NCBI GenBank assembly: GCA_035540495.1
Contig: DATLGL010000047.1
Coordinates: forward strand, 30,383-94,382
Direction: 5' to 3'
Source of the DNA: Acidimicrobiales bacterium
GTDB taxonomy: Bacteria; Actinomycetota; Acidimicrobiia; Acidimicrobiales; CADCTF01
Length of the DNA: 64,000 nt
The notes beneath the pieces were generated by a model. That model did no database searches and was not told the origin of the DNA. It saw only the letters and a list, made by a program, of their open reading frames with translations. Positions within the stretch are counted from its first letter, which is position 1. Each line of letters opens with the position of its first letter. A program made the position numbers and the translations under genes. Shown piece by piece: positions 45,993 to 54,843 of the stretch.

Positions 45993-46856
45993 TCAGCCGG
46001 CCGCGGCTTCGTCGATGACGGTGTCGCAGAGCGCGAGGCAGTCGTTGCAGATGCGAGCCCGAGCGCCCTTCACCATGCGGTCGACGCTCGGTGTCCGGAG
46101 GCCGCAGAACGAGCACGGGTGCTGCTCGCGTATCGCCGGAAGGAGCCCGACGCGGCGGGGCCCGGAGGTGGCTTCCCCGGTCGATGCCACCTCCTGAGCC
46201 GCCGCCACGCAGGACCCGCAGATGTAGACGCCGGGTCCTGCGACCAACTTCTCGACCTGTGCCTGGCTCGCGTTGCAGAACGAGCACCGCATGACCGGCG
46301 AGCGCCGGCGCATCACCGTTCGCTTCGCCTCCGCGGCCTCCGCCGGTGGATCGATGATCCGTTCGCAGGTCCGCACGCACTCGGCGCAGATGAGCGCACC
46401 GTTCCTCTCGAAGGCCGACTCCGTCGCCTGGCGGCAGAAGTCGCACTCCGCGAGATCGACCGGCGACAGTTCGCCGGCTGCCCGCTCGACGCAAGCGTCG
46501 CAGATGAACGAGCGGCCCGGCGCGGCCAGCAACTTCTCGACCTTGCGGCGGGGTGTTCCGCAGAAGGAGCACGCGTCTTCCGCTGCGGTGACGGACACCG
46601 ATGCGTTCGGATGCGGAGTGACGTCGGTCGACGTCGCCTCGACCTCGACGATGGCGTCTTCGCCGATGATCTGGTGCACGCGCTGGTGGCTCATGCCCAA
46701 CGCGTTCGCGATCTCGCGCATCGACGCGCCGCCGGTGTGGAGCCGGCGGATCGCTTGATGGAACTCGGCCCTCGCGTCGAACACCGCCGTCTCGAGGAGC
46801 TCGAGCTTCTGCCGGGCGGCCTCGACATCGCGCACGAGGTCGTCGTCGAGTGCCAC
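45993..46856 (-). CDS. HTH protein with four tandem ClpX-type C4 zinc fingers
   Basis: N-terminal 'MREIANALGMSHQRVHQII' HTH. Four CxxC-x(15-19)-CxxC modules, e.g. 'CSFCNASQAQVEKLVAGPGVYICGSCV', which closely resembles the ClpX N-domain 'CSFCGK...KLIAGP.VYICDECV'. Confidence 0.75.
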   Translation of the reverse strand: MALDDDLVRDVEAARQKLELLETAVFDARAEFHQAIRRLHTGGASMREIANALGMSHQRVHQIIGEDAIVEVEATSTDVTPHPNASVSVTAAEDACSFCGTPRRKVEKLLAAPGRSFICDACVERAAGELSPVDLAECDFCRQATESAFERNGALICAECVRTCERIIDPPAEAAEAKRTVMRRRSPVMRCSFCNASQAQVEKLVAGPGVYICGSCVAAAQEVASTGEATSGPRRVGLLPAIREQHPCSFCGLRTPSVDRMVKGARARICNDCLALCDTVIDEAAAG

Positions 46857-46857
46857 G

Positions 46858-46904
46858 TGTCTAGGGAACTAGACGGGCGGCGGCCTGTCAAGGGCTGCTA
46901 GACA
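46858..46904. promoter_or_regulatory. Candidate operator: GTCTAG-GGAA-CTAGAC palindrome plus a third half-site CTAGACA
   Basis: TGTCTAG at 46858-64, CTAGAC at 46869-74, CTAGACA at 46898-904. The first begins 2 nt upstream of the GTG (46856) of the HTH/zinc-finger gene, in the divergent intergenic region. Confidence 0.35.
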
Positions 46905-46940
46905 GATGTTGCTCCGGCGGACGGGTAGGGTCGTCGCGCT

Positions 46941-48308
46941 ATGGCCCTCCGCTTCGTGATCATCGGCGGCGGTCCCGCCGGGCACACCGCTGCGACCCAC
47001 GCCGCCCGCCTCGGCGCCGAGGTGACGGTCGTCGAGAAGGACGTCGTCGGCGGCGCGGCGCACCTGTGGGACTGCATCCCCAGCAAGGCCATGATCGCGA
47101 CCGGCAACGAGATGACCGAGGCTCGGCGGGCGCCGTCGATGGGTCTTCGATCGCTGACGGCAGAGCTCGATTTCGAGGCGCTGAAGAAGCGCATCGCCGG
47201 CATCGAGGGCCGGCTGAACACGTCGGTCTGCGAGTTGCTCGACAGCCAGGGCGTTCGCATCATCCGCGGCACCGCTCGCCTCACCGGACCGCATTCGGTC
47301 GAGGCGACGACGGTCACCGGCGAGGTGACCCAGCTGCACACCGATGCGATCCTCCTCGCCACCGGGTCACGTCCCCGCGTGCCCGAGTGGTGCGAGCCCG
47401 ACGGTGTGCGGGTGCTGCTGACCCGCCACGCCTATCCGCCGCCCGAGCTTCCGACCCATCTCGTCGTCGTCGGTTCCGGCGTGACGGGCGTGGAGTTCGT
47501 CCACATGTTCTCGTCGTTCGGCTGCGAGGTCACGCTGATCGTCAGCCGCCAGCAGGTGCTGCCGGGCAAGGACCCGGAGGTCGCCGCCGCGTTGGAGACC
47601 GACTTCCTCGAGCGGGGCGTTCACCTGTTGAAGGGCGCTCGTGCCATCGGCATCGATCGTTCCGAAGACGGGTCGTCGGTCACCGTGCGCTGCGACGACG
47701 GTCGCGCGGTGACGGGATCGCACGCGTTGCTCGCCATCGGTGCCGTCCCGAACTCCGACGATCTCGGGTTGGAGGCCGCAGGCGTCGAGTCCGACCACGG
47801 GTACATCCCGGTGAACCAGCACTGCCAGTCGAACGTCCGGCACATCTACGCAGCCGGCGACCTGTCGGGGAAGCTGCCGCTGTCGTCGGTGGCGTCGATC
47901 CAGGGCCGCAAGGTCGCGGAGCACGTGATGGGTCTGCACACCCGTGAGCACCGCCACCTCGACTACGACAAGGCAGCATCCGCGATCTTCACCGAGCCCG
48001 AGATCGCCGACGTGGGCCTCGCGGAGGCGGAGGCTTTCGCCATCGGGCGGAAGATCCGGGTGACGAAGGTCCCCTTCGCCTCCTCGGCCAAGGCCCACAT
48101 CTCCGGCGACACCCGCGGCTTCGTGAAGATCCTGTCCGACCCTGCGACCGGCGTCGTGCTCGGCGGTTCGATCGTCGGACGGAACGCGGCCGAGCTCATC
48201 TCGGTGATCGCTCTCGCCGTCACCGCCGGGCTCAAGGTCACCGACATCACCGAGTCGTTGCTCGTCCACCCCGCACTTGCCGAAGCGCTGGCCGACGCGG
48301 CGGAGTAG
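46941..48308 (+). CDS. Flavoprotein disulfide reductase family, LpdA(Rv3303c)-like NAD(P)H-quinone dehydrogenase
   Basis: 'FVIIGGGPAGH' FAD motif. The redox-centre region reads 'GGAAHLWDCIPSK', with only one of the two canonical Cys. Confidence 0.8.
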   Translation: MALRFVIIGGGPAGHTAATHAARLGAEVTVVEKDVVGGAAHLWDCIPSKAMIATGNEMTEARRAPSMGLRSLTAELDFEALKKRIAGIEGRLNTSVCELLDSQGVRIIRGTARLTGPHSVEATTVTGEVTQLHTDAILLATGSRPRVPEWCEPDGVRVLLTRHAYPPPELPTHLVVVGSGVTGVEFVHMFSSFGCEVTLIVSRQQVLPGKDPEVAAALETDFLERGVHLLKGARAIGIDRSEDGSSVTVRCDDGRAVTGSHALLAIGAVPNSDDLGLEAAGVESDHGYIPVNQHCQSNVRHIYAAGDLSGKLPLSSVASIQGRKVAEHVMGLHTREHRHLDYDKAASAIFTEPEIADVGLAEAEAFAIGRKIRVTKVPFASSAKAHISGDTRGFVKILSDPATGVVLGGSIVGRNAAELISVIALAVTAGLKVTDITESLLVHPALAEALADAAE

Positions 48309-49260
48309 CGCGCTCGCAGTTGCGCTGCTGCTGCTGCTGGGGGCGTCGGCCTGCGCCGGCGAACCGGAGTCCGCAGGACGCAACGGGCTTCGTCCTTCGC
48401 CCTCCGAATCGACGGCGGCGTCGTCTTCGACGACGTCCACCGTGAGCACCGCGCCGCCGATGCGTGCGGCGGCGGTGAGAGTGGCTGCTGCGGGCGACAT
48501 CTCGTGCAAGCCCGGACTCGCGGTGACGGCGTCGCAATGCGAGATGGAGGCCACGGCCCGCCTCGTGGAGCAGTTCGACCCTGCGTTCGTCCTGCCCCTC
48601 GGCGACCTGCAGTACGAGTACGGCGAGCTGGCGAACTTCCAGACGTCGTACGACAAGACGTGGGGGCGGTTCCGCGACCGGACGAAGCCCGTCGTCGGCA
48701 ACCACGAGTACGCGGGCGGACGAGCACGCGGCTACTTCGCGTACTGGGGCGATCAGGTCGCACCGCCGAACGGCTGGTACGCCTTCGACGTCGCGGAGGT
48801 GGGTTGGCGGGTGATCGTCCTCAACTCGGTGTGCTCCGTCGTCGGATGCGATGACGACTCGGAGCAGGCGTCGTGGCTGCGCGGCCAGCTGTCGGCGTCG
48901 ACGGCACGGTGCACGCTCGCTGCGTTCCACCACCCGCGGCGGACGTCTGGGCTCCACGGCGAGTACGAGCCGATGGATCCGCTGTGGCGCCAGCTGGTGG
49001 ATGCCGGCGCCGACCTCGCCCTGTCGGGCCACGATCACCACTACGAGCGCTTCGCCCCCGAGGGGACGCTGCGGCAGTTCGTCGCCGGCACCGGTGGCCG
49101 CAACCTCTATCCGGTCGTGGCGCGATCACGTGGAAGTGAGTTCGTCGACACGAGGAACTTCGGGATCCTCGAGCTCGACCTGCGCGAGGGCGCCTACGGA
49201 TGGCGGTTCCGGACGATCTCCGGCGCGGTGCTCGACGAGGGTCAGGCCGACTGCCGCTGA
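48277..49260 (+). CDS. Calcineurin-like metallophosphoesterase, probable lipoprotein
   Basis: Signal 'ALAVALLLLLGASAC'. 'GDLQY', 'VVGNHEY', 'GHDHHYERF' metal-ligand motifs. Start uncertain, as it overlaps the upstream gene end. Confidence 0.8.
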   Translation: MPKRWPTRRSSALAVALLLLLGASACAGEPESAGRNGLRPSPSESTAASSSTTSTVSTAPPMRAAAVRVAAAGDISCKPGLAVTASQCEMEATARLVEQFDPAFVLPLGDLQYEYGELANFQTSYDKTWGRFRDRTKPVVGNHEYAGGRARGYFAYWGDQVAPPNGWYAFDVAEVGWRVIVLNSVCSVVGCDDDSEQASWLRGQLSASTARCTLAAFHHPRRTSGLHGEYEPMDPLWRQLVDAGADLALSGHDHHYERFAPEGTLRQFVAGTGGRNLYPVVARSRGSEFVDTRNFGILELDLREGAYGWRFRTISGAVLDEGQADCR

Positions 49261-50453
49261 CCGGCGAGCAGCCGGCGACGCACGCTGTCGGTCGTCGCGG
49301 CGTCGATGACCGTCTGCGCCATCGCCACCGCTCCGTCGCGCATCGCCTCGTCGGCCGTCGGCGTGGCACAGAACGCGGCGAACTCGGGCTGGTGGTTCGA
49401 CACGGGGAAGCAGCCGAGGCCGAGCATCGGGTGGATCGTCGGGATGGCGAGGGAGATGTTCGCCATGTCGGTGGATCCGGCGAGCTTCTGGGCGAGCGGG
49501 CCGCCGAGGTCCATGAACGTCCGCCCGAGGTCCTCCGCGTTCTTGCGGTAGAGAGCCCGCAGCTCGAGGTCGTCGCGCATCTCGGAGTACGGCGGCGACT
49601 TCTCCTCGATCTCGTACGTGCAGCCGGTCGCGGCGGCACCGGCCTCGAAGCATCGCTCGACCCGGGGTTGGAGCTGGGCGAGCTGAGCGAGCGTCTCTTC
49701 GCGGATGTACCACTTGCTGGTGGTGTGGGCAGGGACGACGTTCGGTGCGTCGCCGCCGTGGGTGACGATGCCGTGGATGCGCGCGTTCGGTGAGATGTGC
49801 TGGCGCAGAAGACCCACGGAGGTCTGCGCGATCGTCTGCGCGTCGGCGGCGTTGATGCCGAGCTCCGGGAAGGCCGATGCATGGGCTTCCTTGCCGGTGT
49901 AGTGGACCTCGACGTGCGCGACGGCGAGGCACGGCATGTTGTCCATCTCGCTCGGCGCGGGATGCACCATCATCGCCGCGTGCACGCCGTCGAAGACCCC
50001 GCGGTCGAGCATGAGGATCTTCCCGCCGCCGCCCTCCTCGGCCGGGGTGCCCATGACCTTGACCGTGATGCCGAGGTCGTCTGCGAGGGGCAGGAGGGCG
50101 AGCCCGGCGCCGACCGCTGACGCGGCGATCACGTTGTGGCCGCAGGCGTGGCCGACGCCCGGGAGCGCGTCGTACTCGGCGCAGATGGCGATCACGAGGT
50201 CGCCGCTTCCCGTCTTCGCCTCGAACGCCGTCGGCAGGTCGCCGACGCCCATCGTCACGTCGAAGCCGCCCTCGCTCAGGAGATCCGCGCACCACCTCGA
50301 GGAGTTCTCCTCCTCCCAGCTGATCTCCGGGTTCGCGTGGAGACGGTGGGACAGCTCGACCAGCGCGTCGGCGAGCGCGTCGACCGCACCTTCGGCCTCG
50401 CTCTTCGCTCGGCGTGGCCGCTCGTCGCTGGCGCTTCCGTCGCGTCCGTTCAT
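49242..50453 (-). CDS. M20D family amidohydrolase/peptidase
   Basis: 'LHANPEISWEE', 'GVGHACGHN', 'GTPAEEGGGGK' motifs. Confidence 0.85.
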   Translation of the reverse strand: MNGRDGSASDERPRRAKSEAEGAVDALADALVELSHRLHANPEISWEEENSSRWCADLLSEGGFDVTMGVGDLPTAFEAKTGSGDLVIAICAEYDALPGVGHACGHNVIAASAVGAGLALLPLADDLGITVKVMGTPAEEGGGGKILMLDRGVFDGVHAAMMVHPAPSEMDNMPCLAVAHVEVHYTGKEAHASAFPELGINAADAQTIAQTSVGLLRQHISPNARIHGIVTHGGDAPNVVPAHTTSKWYIREETLAQLAQLQPRVERCFEAGAAATGCTYEIEEKSPPYSEMRDDLELRALYRKNAEDLGRTFMDLGGPLAQKLAGSTDMANISLAIPTIHPMLGLGCFPVSNHQPEFAAFCATPTADEAMRDGAVAMAQTVIDAATTDSVRRRLLAGQRQSA

Positions 50454-50463
50454 GGACGCGGGT

Positions 50464-52281
50464 CTACTCGATCACCGCGACGATGTCGCCCGCGCCGACG
50501 GCCTGGCCCGCGGAGACCTTGATCTCCTTGATGGTGCCGGCCTTCTCGGCGGTGACGTTGTTCTCCATCTTCATCGCTTCGAGGACGCAGATCGGCTGAC
50601 CGATCTCGACCGCGTCACCCTCCGCGACCAGCACCTTGACGATGGTGCCCTGCATCGGGACGGCGACGTTGCCGCTGCCGGCTGCGCCTCCGGCGCCACC
50701 ACCGCCGCCGCTGCCGGGACGCGGCCGCGACTTCTTGGCCGCGGTGCTGACGCCGCCGGAGACCACCGCGGGCGCCACGTCGGGCACCCAGAGCTTGACC
50801 TTGAAGCGGCGGCCGTCGACCTCGACGTCGACGTCACGCTCGACCTTCGGGATCTCCTCACCGTCGTCACCGGCGGTCGTGGGCGCGGCGGCGGGGGCGG
50901 CGGTGTCGCTCAGGTCGAGCCGCTCCTCGACCCACTTCGTCGAGTGCTCCCCGTTGATGAAGTCCTCGTGGCGGAGGATCGCGAGATGGGCCGGGATCGT
51001 GGTCTTCGGGCCGACGATCTCCGTCTCCTCGAGGGCACGGATCAGGCGGCGGCGGGCCTCTTCACGGTCGGCTCCCCACACGATCAGCTTCGCGATGAGG
51101 TTGTCGTAGAACTGGCTGACCTCGTCGCCCTCGTCGTAGCCGGCGTCGGTGCGGGTGCCGTAGCCGTCGGCCCGGCGGAAGCGGGTGATCCTGCCGGGGG
51201 AGGGAAGGAACTTGCCGCCGGCCGGGTCTTCGGCGTTCAGGCGAGCCTCGATCGAGTGGCCGCGCCGGCGCTCGTTGATCTCCGCCTGGGTGAACGGGAT
51301 CGGCTCGCCCGCAGCGATGCGCAGCTGGAGCTCGACCAGGTCCATGCCGGTGACCATCTCGGTGACCGGGTGCTCGACCTGGAGGCGCGTGTTCATCTCG
51401 AGGAAGAAGAAGTCGCCGTCCTGGTAGAGGAACTCGACGGTGCCGGCGTTGAGGTACCCGCACGCCTTCGCCACGTTGACGGCCGCCTCGCCCATCCGCT
51501 GGCGGATCTCGTCGGGGAAGTTCGGGGCGGGGCTCTCCTCGATGAGCTTCTGGTGGCGGCGCTGGCACGAGCAGTCGCGCTCGCCGAGCCACACCGCGTT
51601 GCCTTGGGTGTCGGCGAAGACCTGCATCTCGATGTGGCGGGGCCAGGTGAGGTACTTCTCGATGTAGCACTCGCTGCGACCGAAGCCCTTGAGCGCCTCC
51701 GACTGCGCCGACTCGAGGGCACCAGCCGCGTCCTCGGGCGCCTTGACCACGCGCATGCCGCGGCCGCCGCCGCCGTACGCGGCCTTGATCGCGACGGGCC
51801 AGCCGTGCTCGTTCCCGAAGTCGATGACCTGCTGGGCGTCGGTGAGGACGGTGTTGTCGCCAGGGACGCCGGCCACGCCGCCCTTGCTGGCCGCGATGCG
51901 GCTCGAGATCTTGTCGCCCATGATCTCGATCGCCTCCGGCGGCGGACCGATGAACGTCACGCCCATGTCGGTGATCGCTCGCGCGAAGTCGGTGTTCTCG
52001 GAGAAGAAGCCGTACCCGGGGTGCACCGCCTCGGCGCCGCTCCGGCGGATGGCGTCGAGGATCTTCTCCGTGTTGAGGTAGCTGTCGGCGGCCGTCTGGC
52101 CGCCGAGCGCGTACGCCTCGTCGGCGATGCGCACGTGGAGGGCGTCTCGGTCGAGGTCGGAGTACACGGCGACGGTGGCGATCCCGAGCTCGCGGCACGT
52201 GCGGATGACCCGCACCGCGATCTCGCCCCGGTTGGCGATGAGCACCTTGGAGAAGGGGGGGTTGGAGATGGGAGCAGGCAT
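50464..52281 (-). CDS. accA: Acyl-CoA carboxylase alpha subunit (biotin carboxylase plus biotin carboxyl carrier domain)
   Basis: Start at ATG 52281 ('MPAPISNPPFSKVLIANRGEIAVRVIR'), ATP-grasp region, C-terminal biotinylation motif 'EAMKMEN'. The track ORF extends spuriously to 52968. Confidence 0.92.
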   Translation of the reverse strand: MPAPISNPPFSKVLIANRGEIAVRVIRTCRELGIATVAVYSDLDRDALHVRIADEAYALGGQTAADSYLNTEKILDAIRRSGAEAVHPGYGFFSENTDFARAITDMGVTFIGPPPEAIEIMGDKISSRIAASKGGVAGVPGDNTVLTDAQQVIDFGNEHGWPVAIKAAYGGGGRGMRVVKAPEDAAGALESAQSEALKGFGRSECYIEKYLTWPRHIEMQVFADTQGNAVWLGERDCSCQRRHQKLIEESPAPNFPDEIRQRMGEAAVNVAKACGYLNAGTVEFLYQDGDFFFLEMNTRLQVEHPVTEMVTGMDLVELQLRIAAGEPIPFTQAEINERRRGHSIEARLNAEDPAGGKFLPSPGRITRFRRADGYGTRTDAGYDEGDEVSQFYDNLIAKLIVWGADREEARRRLIRALEETEIVGPKTTIPAHLAILRHEDFINGEHSTKWVEERLDLSDTAAPAAAPTTAGDDGEEIPKVERDVDVEVDGRRFKVKLWVPDVAPAVVSGGVSTAAKKSRPRPGSGGGGGAGGAAGSGNVAVPMQGTIVKVLVAEGDAVEIGQPICVLEAMKMENNVTAEKAGTIKEIKVSAGQAVGAGDIVAVIE

Positions 52282-52977
52282 GGCGGGCCGTATCGTAAGC
52301 CCATCACCTGGGACGTCAGGAAGTTCGAGTCGATCGACAGCACCAACACGTGGCTGCTCGAGCGCGCCCGGGAGGGCGCCCCTCAGGGTCTGGTCGCCGT
52401 TGCCGATCACCAGACCGCCGGACGGGGTCGTCTCGGCCGCCGCTGGGAGGCGCCTCCGGGGGCGAACCTGCTGTGCTCGATCCTGTTGCGGCCACCGTCT
52501 GTGTCGTGGCTGTCGGTCGCGCGCGTGTCGCTCGCAGCGCTGGCGGCCGCGCCCCCTGACACCGGGCTGAAGTGGCCGAACGACATCGTCCACGGCCCCG
52601 ACTCGCTCAAGCTTGCCGGAGTCCTCGCGGAGGTCGAAGGTGGCGCCGTCGTGGTCGGGATCGGGATGAACGTCGGATGGGCGCCGCCTGATCTGCCCGC
52701 GACCTCCCTCGCCGCGCTCGGGGTGTCCTCGAGTCGGGATGAGGTCCTGGCGACGCTGCTCGAATCGCTCACCCACTGGGTGGCCGCCTCCGACGCCGAG
52801 GTCGCCCGCGCCTACCGCGAGCGCTGCGTCACGATCGGCCGCCAAGTGCGGGTCGAGCTTCCCGATGAGACGTTCGAGGGCACCGCAGCCGACGTCGCCG
52901 ACTCCGGGCACCTTCTGGTCGAGACCTCCGTGTGCCTGCGCGAGGTGTCCGCCGGCGACGTCGTCCACCTACGATGA
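52282..52977 (+). CDS. birA: Biotin-[acetyl-CoA-carboxylase] ligase (group I, no DNA-binding domain); start codon unresolved
   Basis: 'ESIDSTNTW', 'ADHQTAGRGRLGRRW', 'KWPNDI' motifs. This is the C-terminal third of the 1013-aa track ORF, whose remainder is antisense shadow. There is no canonical in-frame start between 52135 and the GRGRxGRxW motif. Confidence 0.8.
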   Translation, partial: GGPYRKPITWDVRKFESIDSTNTWLLERAREGAPQGLVAVADHQTAGRGRLGRRWEAPPGANLLCSILLRPPSVSWLSVARVSLAALAAAPPDTGLKWPNDIVHGPDSLKLAGVLAEVEGGAVVVGIGMNVGWAPPDLPATSLAALGVSSSRDEVLATLLESLTHWVAASDAEVARAYRERCVTIGRQVRVELPDETFEGTAADVADSGHLLVETSVCLREVSAGDVVHLR

Positions 52978-53007
52978 GCCGCACCAGCACTTCCCCCTGC
53001 TGAGAAG

Positions 53008-53023
53008 CCCCGGCCGACCGGGG
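53008..53023 (+). terminator. Short GC hairpin CCCCGG-CCGA-CCGGGG after birA
   Basis: 6-bp perfect stem 31 nt past the birA stop. Weak, with no U-tract. Confidence 0.3.
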
Positions 53024-53082
53024 AACCGGGGTGCGCCAGCTGCAACGCGTTGCGGCTGTCGCGCCCAGAACGGGGAAGTCTC

Positions 53083-53991
53083 ATGTCCATCTGGGAGACG
53101 ATGGCGAGCCAGCACGGTGTCGCCACGCTGCAGCAGTTCAAGGCCGCGGGCGTACCGGAGCGGACGGTCCAGCACTGGGCGGCGACCGGCAAGCTCATCC
53201 GGGCGCACGAGAACGTCTACGTCGCGCCGGCCTCGCCGGATACGTTCCTGCGTACGTGCTGGATCGCCTGCAAGGCGGCGCCGGGGTGTGCGTTGTCGTA
53301 CCGCACCGCCGCGTACTTGTGGGACCTCATTGACGAGGAGCCGCCAGTCGAGATCCTGGTGAAGCGTGGGCGTACGCCTGCGATCGATGGGGTCATCGTG
53401 CATCAGACGCGAGACGCGTACGAGTGGCACGCGAGGCGCGGCCTGCGCGTGACGTCGCCCCTGAGGGCTGTCCTCGACCTTGGCGCCGTGGACCCGCGGA
53501 GCGTCGAGGGCGCGGTGGAACGGGGTCGTGTCGCGAACCTGTTCACGATCGCTGCGCTGGAGTGGCAACTCGCCGAGGTGGGGCGACGCGGGCGTGCTGG
53601 CACCGCATCCCTGCGCAAGGTCCTAGACGAGTGGGCACTCGGCGCCGCTCGTCCGGACGGACTCCTCGAGCCGCGCTTCGCACGGCTGCGCGTTCGGTAT
53701 GAGTTGCCGGAGGCGCAATTCCAGCACGCCGTCGGTCCGTACCGAGTCGACTTCGCTTATCCCGAGCTCCTCATCGCGATCGAGGTGGATGGCTACGCCG
53801 TGCACGCGTCACCGACGAGCCTTCGGCGCGACCTCGAACGCCAGAACTACCTCGTCGGTCTCGGGTGGACGGTCCTGCGGTTCACGTGGCACGACGTCGT
53901 CCGCAGGCCGGGATACGTCTCTGCGACGATCCGCGCGGAACTGGAGCGGGCTGAGCGCAACATGTGGCGTCCTACGGGCTCCGGAACCTGA
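53083..53991 (+). CDS. DUF559 (Vsr/PD-(D/E)xK-like endonuclease domain) protein with AbiEi-like N-terminal wHTH
   Basis: C-terminal 'YRVDFAYPELLIAIEVDG..H....RRD..R.N.L...GW.VLRF', typical of DUF559. ATG 53083 preferred over TTG 53050. Confidence 0.7.
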   Translation: MSIWETMASQHGVATLQQFKAAGVPERTVQHWAATGKLIRAHENVYVAPASPDTFLRTCWIACKAAPGCALSYRTAAYLWDLIDEEPPVEILVKRGRTPAIDGVIVHQTRDAYEWHARRGLRVTSPLRAVLDLGAVDPRSVEGAVERGRVANLFTIAALEWQLAEVGRRGRAGTASLRKVLDEWALGAARPDGLLEPRFARLRVRYELPEAQFQHAVGPYRVDFAYPELLIAIEVDGYAVHASPTSLRRDLERQNYLVGLGWTVLRFTWHDVVRRPGYVSATIRAELERAERNMWRPTGSGT

Positions 53992-54018
53992 CGAGGACGA
54001 GGACGCGGCCCGTCGACA

Positions 54019-54843
54019 CTACGGGTCGAGGTCGCGCTGGACGAGCGCGGTGAAGGCTTCGGCGGCCGCCGTCGTCAGAGGTCCCGGCGCCGCCGGCAGC
54101 CCCCGCCCGTCGACGGCCCGGATCGGTTGGACCTCGCGGGTCGTGGAGGAGAGGAAGGCTTCATCGGCCTCGGCGAGCGCCGACAGCGGCAGGTCTTCCT
54201 CGACGGCGTCGGTGACCTCGAGCACGAGCGCACGGGTGACGCCGGCGAGGCAGCCGGCCGACAGCGGTGGCGTGATCAACCGCCCGCCGATGTCGACGAA
54301 CACGTTCGTGCCGGTGCCCTCGCACAGGTTGCCGATCGTGTTGCCGAAGATCGCTTCGCCCGCACCGCGTTCCTTCGCATAGGCGAGGGCGACGACGTTC
54401 TCGCCGTATGACGTCGTCTTCAGCCCGGCGAGGGCGCCACGCTCGTTGCGCGGCCACGGGACGACCGACACGTCGGTGGCGTCGGGCCAGGGTGCGAGGG
54501 GTCCGCCGGCGACGATGATCAGCGGACCGCCGTCGCCTCGCTCGGAGCCGAGGGGAGAGACGCCGCCCGTCAACGTGATGCGGATCCGGCCCGAGTCGAG
54601 TGCGTTCGCCTCGATCACCGCAGCCATCGCCTCTCGCAGCACGCCGTGGTCGGCAACCGGAAGACCGAGCCCGCGACACGACACGTCGAGGCGCTCGAGG
54701 TGTCGCCGAGCGGCGAACGGCACGCGGTCGTACACCTTCAGCGTCTCGAAGACGCCGTCGCCGGTGAGCAGCCCGTGGTCGAACGGAGACACGCGCGCGT
54801 CGCTTTCGTCGCACAGCACCCCGTCGATCCACACGCGACTCAC
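54019..54843 (-). CDS. pabC: Class IV aminotransferase fold, probable aminodeoxychorismate lyase
   Basis: 'DHGLLTGDGVFETLKVY', class-IV pattern. 4-nt overlap with the upstream pabB-like gene. Confidence 0.7.
   Translation of the reverse strand: MSRVWIDGVLCDESDARVSPFDHGLLTGDGVFETLKVYDRVPFAARRHLERLDVSCRGLGLPVADHGVLREAMAAVIEANALDSGRIRITLTGGVSPLGSERGDGGPLIIVAGGPLAPWPDATDVSVVPWPRNERGALAGLKTTSYGENVVALAYAKERGAGEAIFGNTIGNLCEGTGTNVFVDIGGRLITPPLSAGCLAGVTRALVLEVTDAVEEDLPLSALAEADEAFLSSTTREVQPIRAVDGRGLPAAPGPLTTAAAEAFTALVQRDLDP

Noticed and set aside
49936-52281. N-terminal roughly 780 codons of the 1013-aa plus-strand ORF.
   Set aside because: This stretch is antisense to the M20 amidohydrolase and the biotin carboxylase. 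Only the last roughly 230 codons (birA) carry recognisable motifs and coding-like codon usage.
53050-53991. DUF559/AbiEi-like gene considered as a mobile element, toxin-antitoxin or defence island.
   Set aside because: There are no flanking inverted or direct repeats, no transposase or integrase, no partner toxin gene, and the GC/codon usage is indistinguishable from its neighbours. Such genes are common multi-copy residents of actinobacterial chromosomes.
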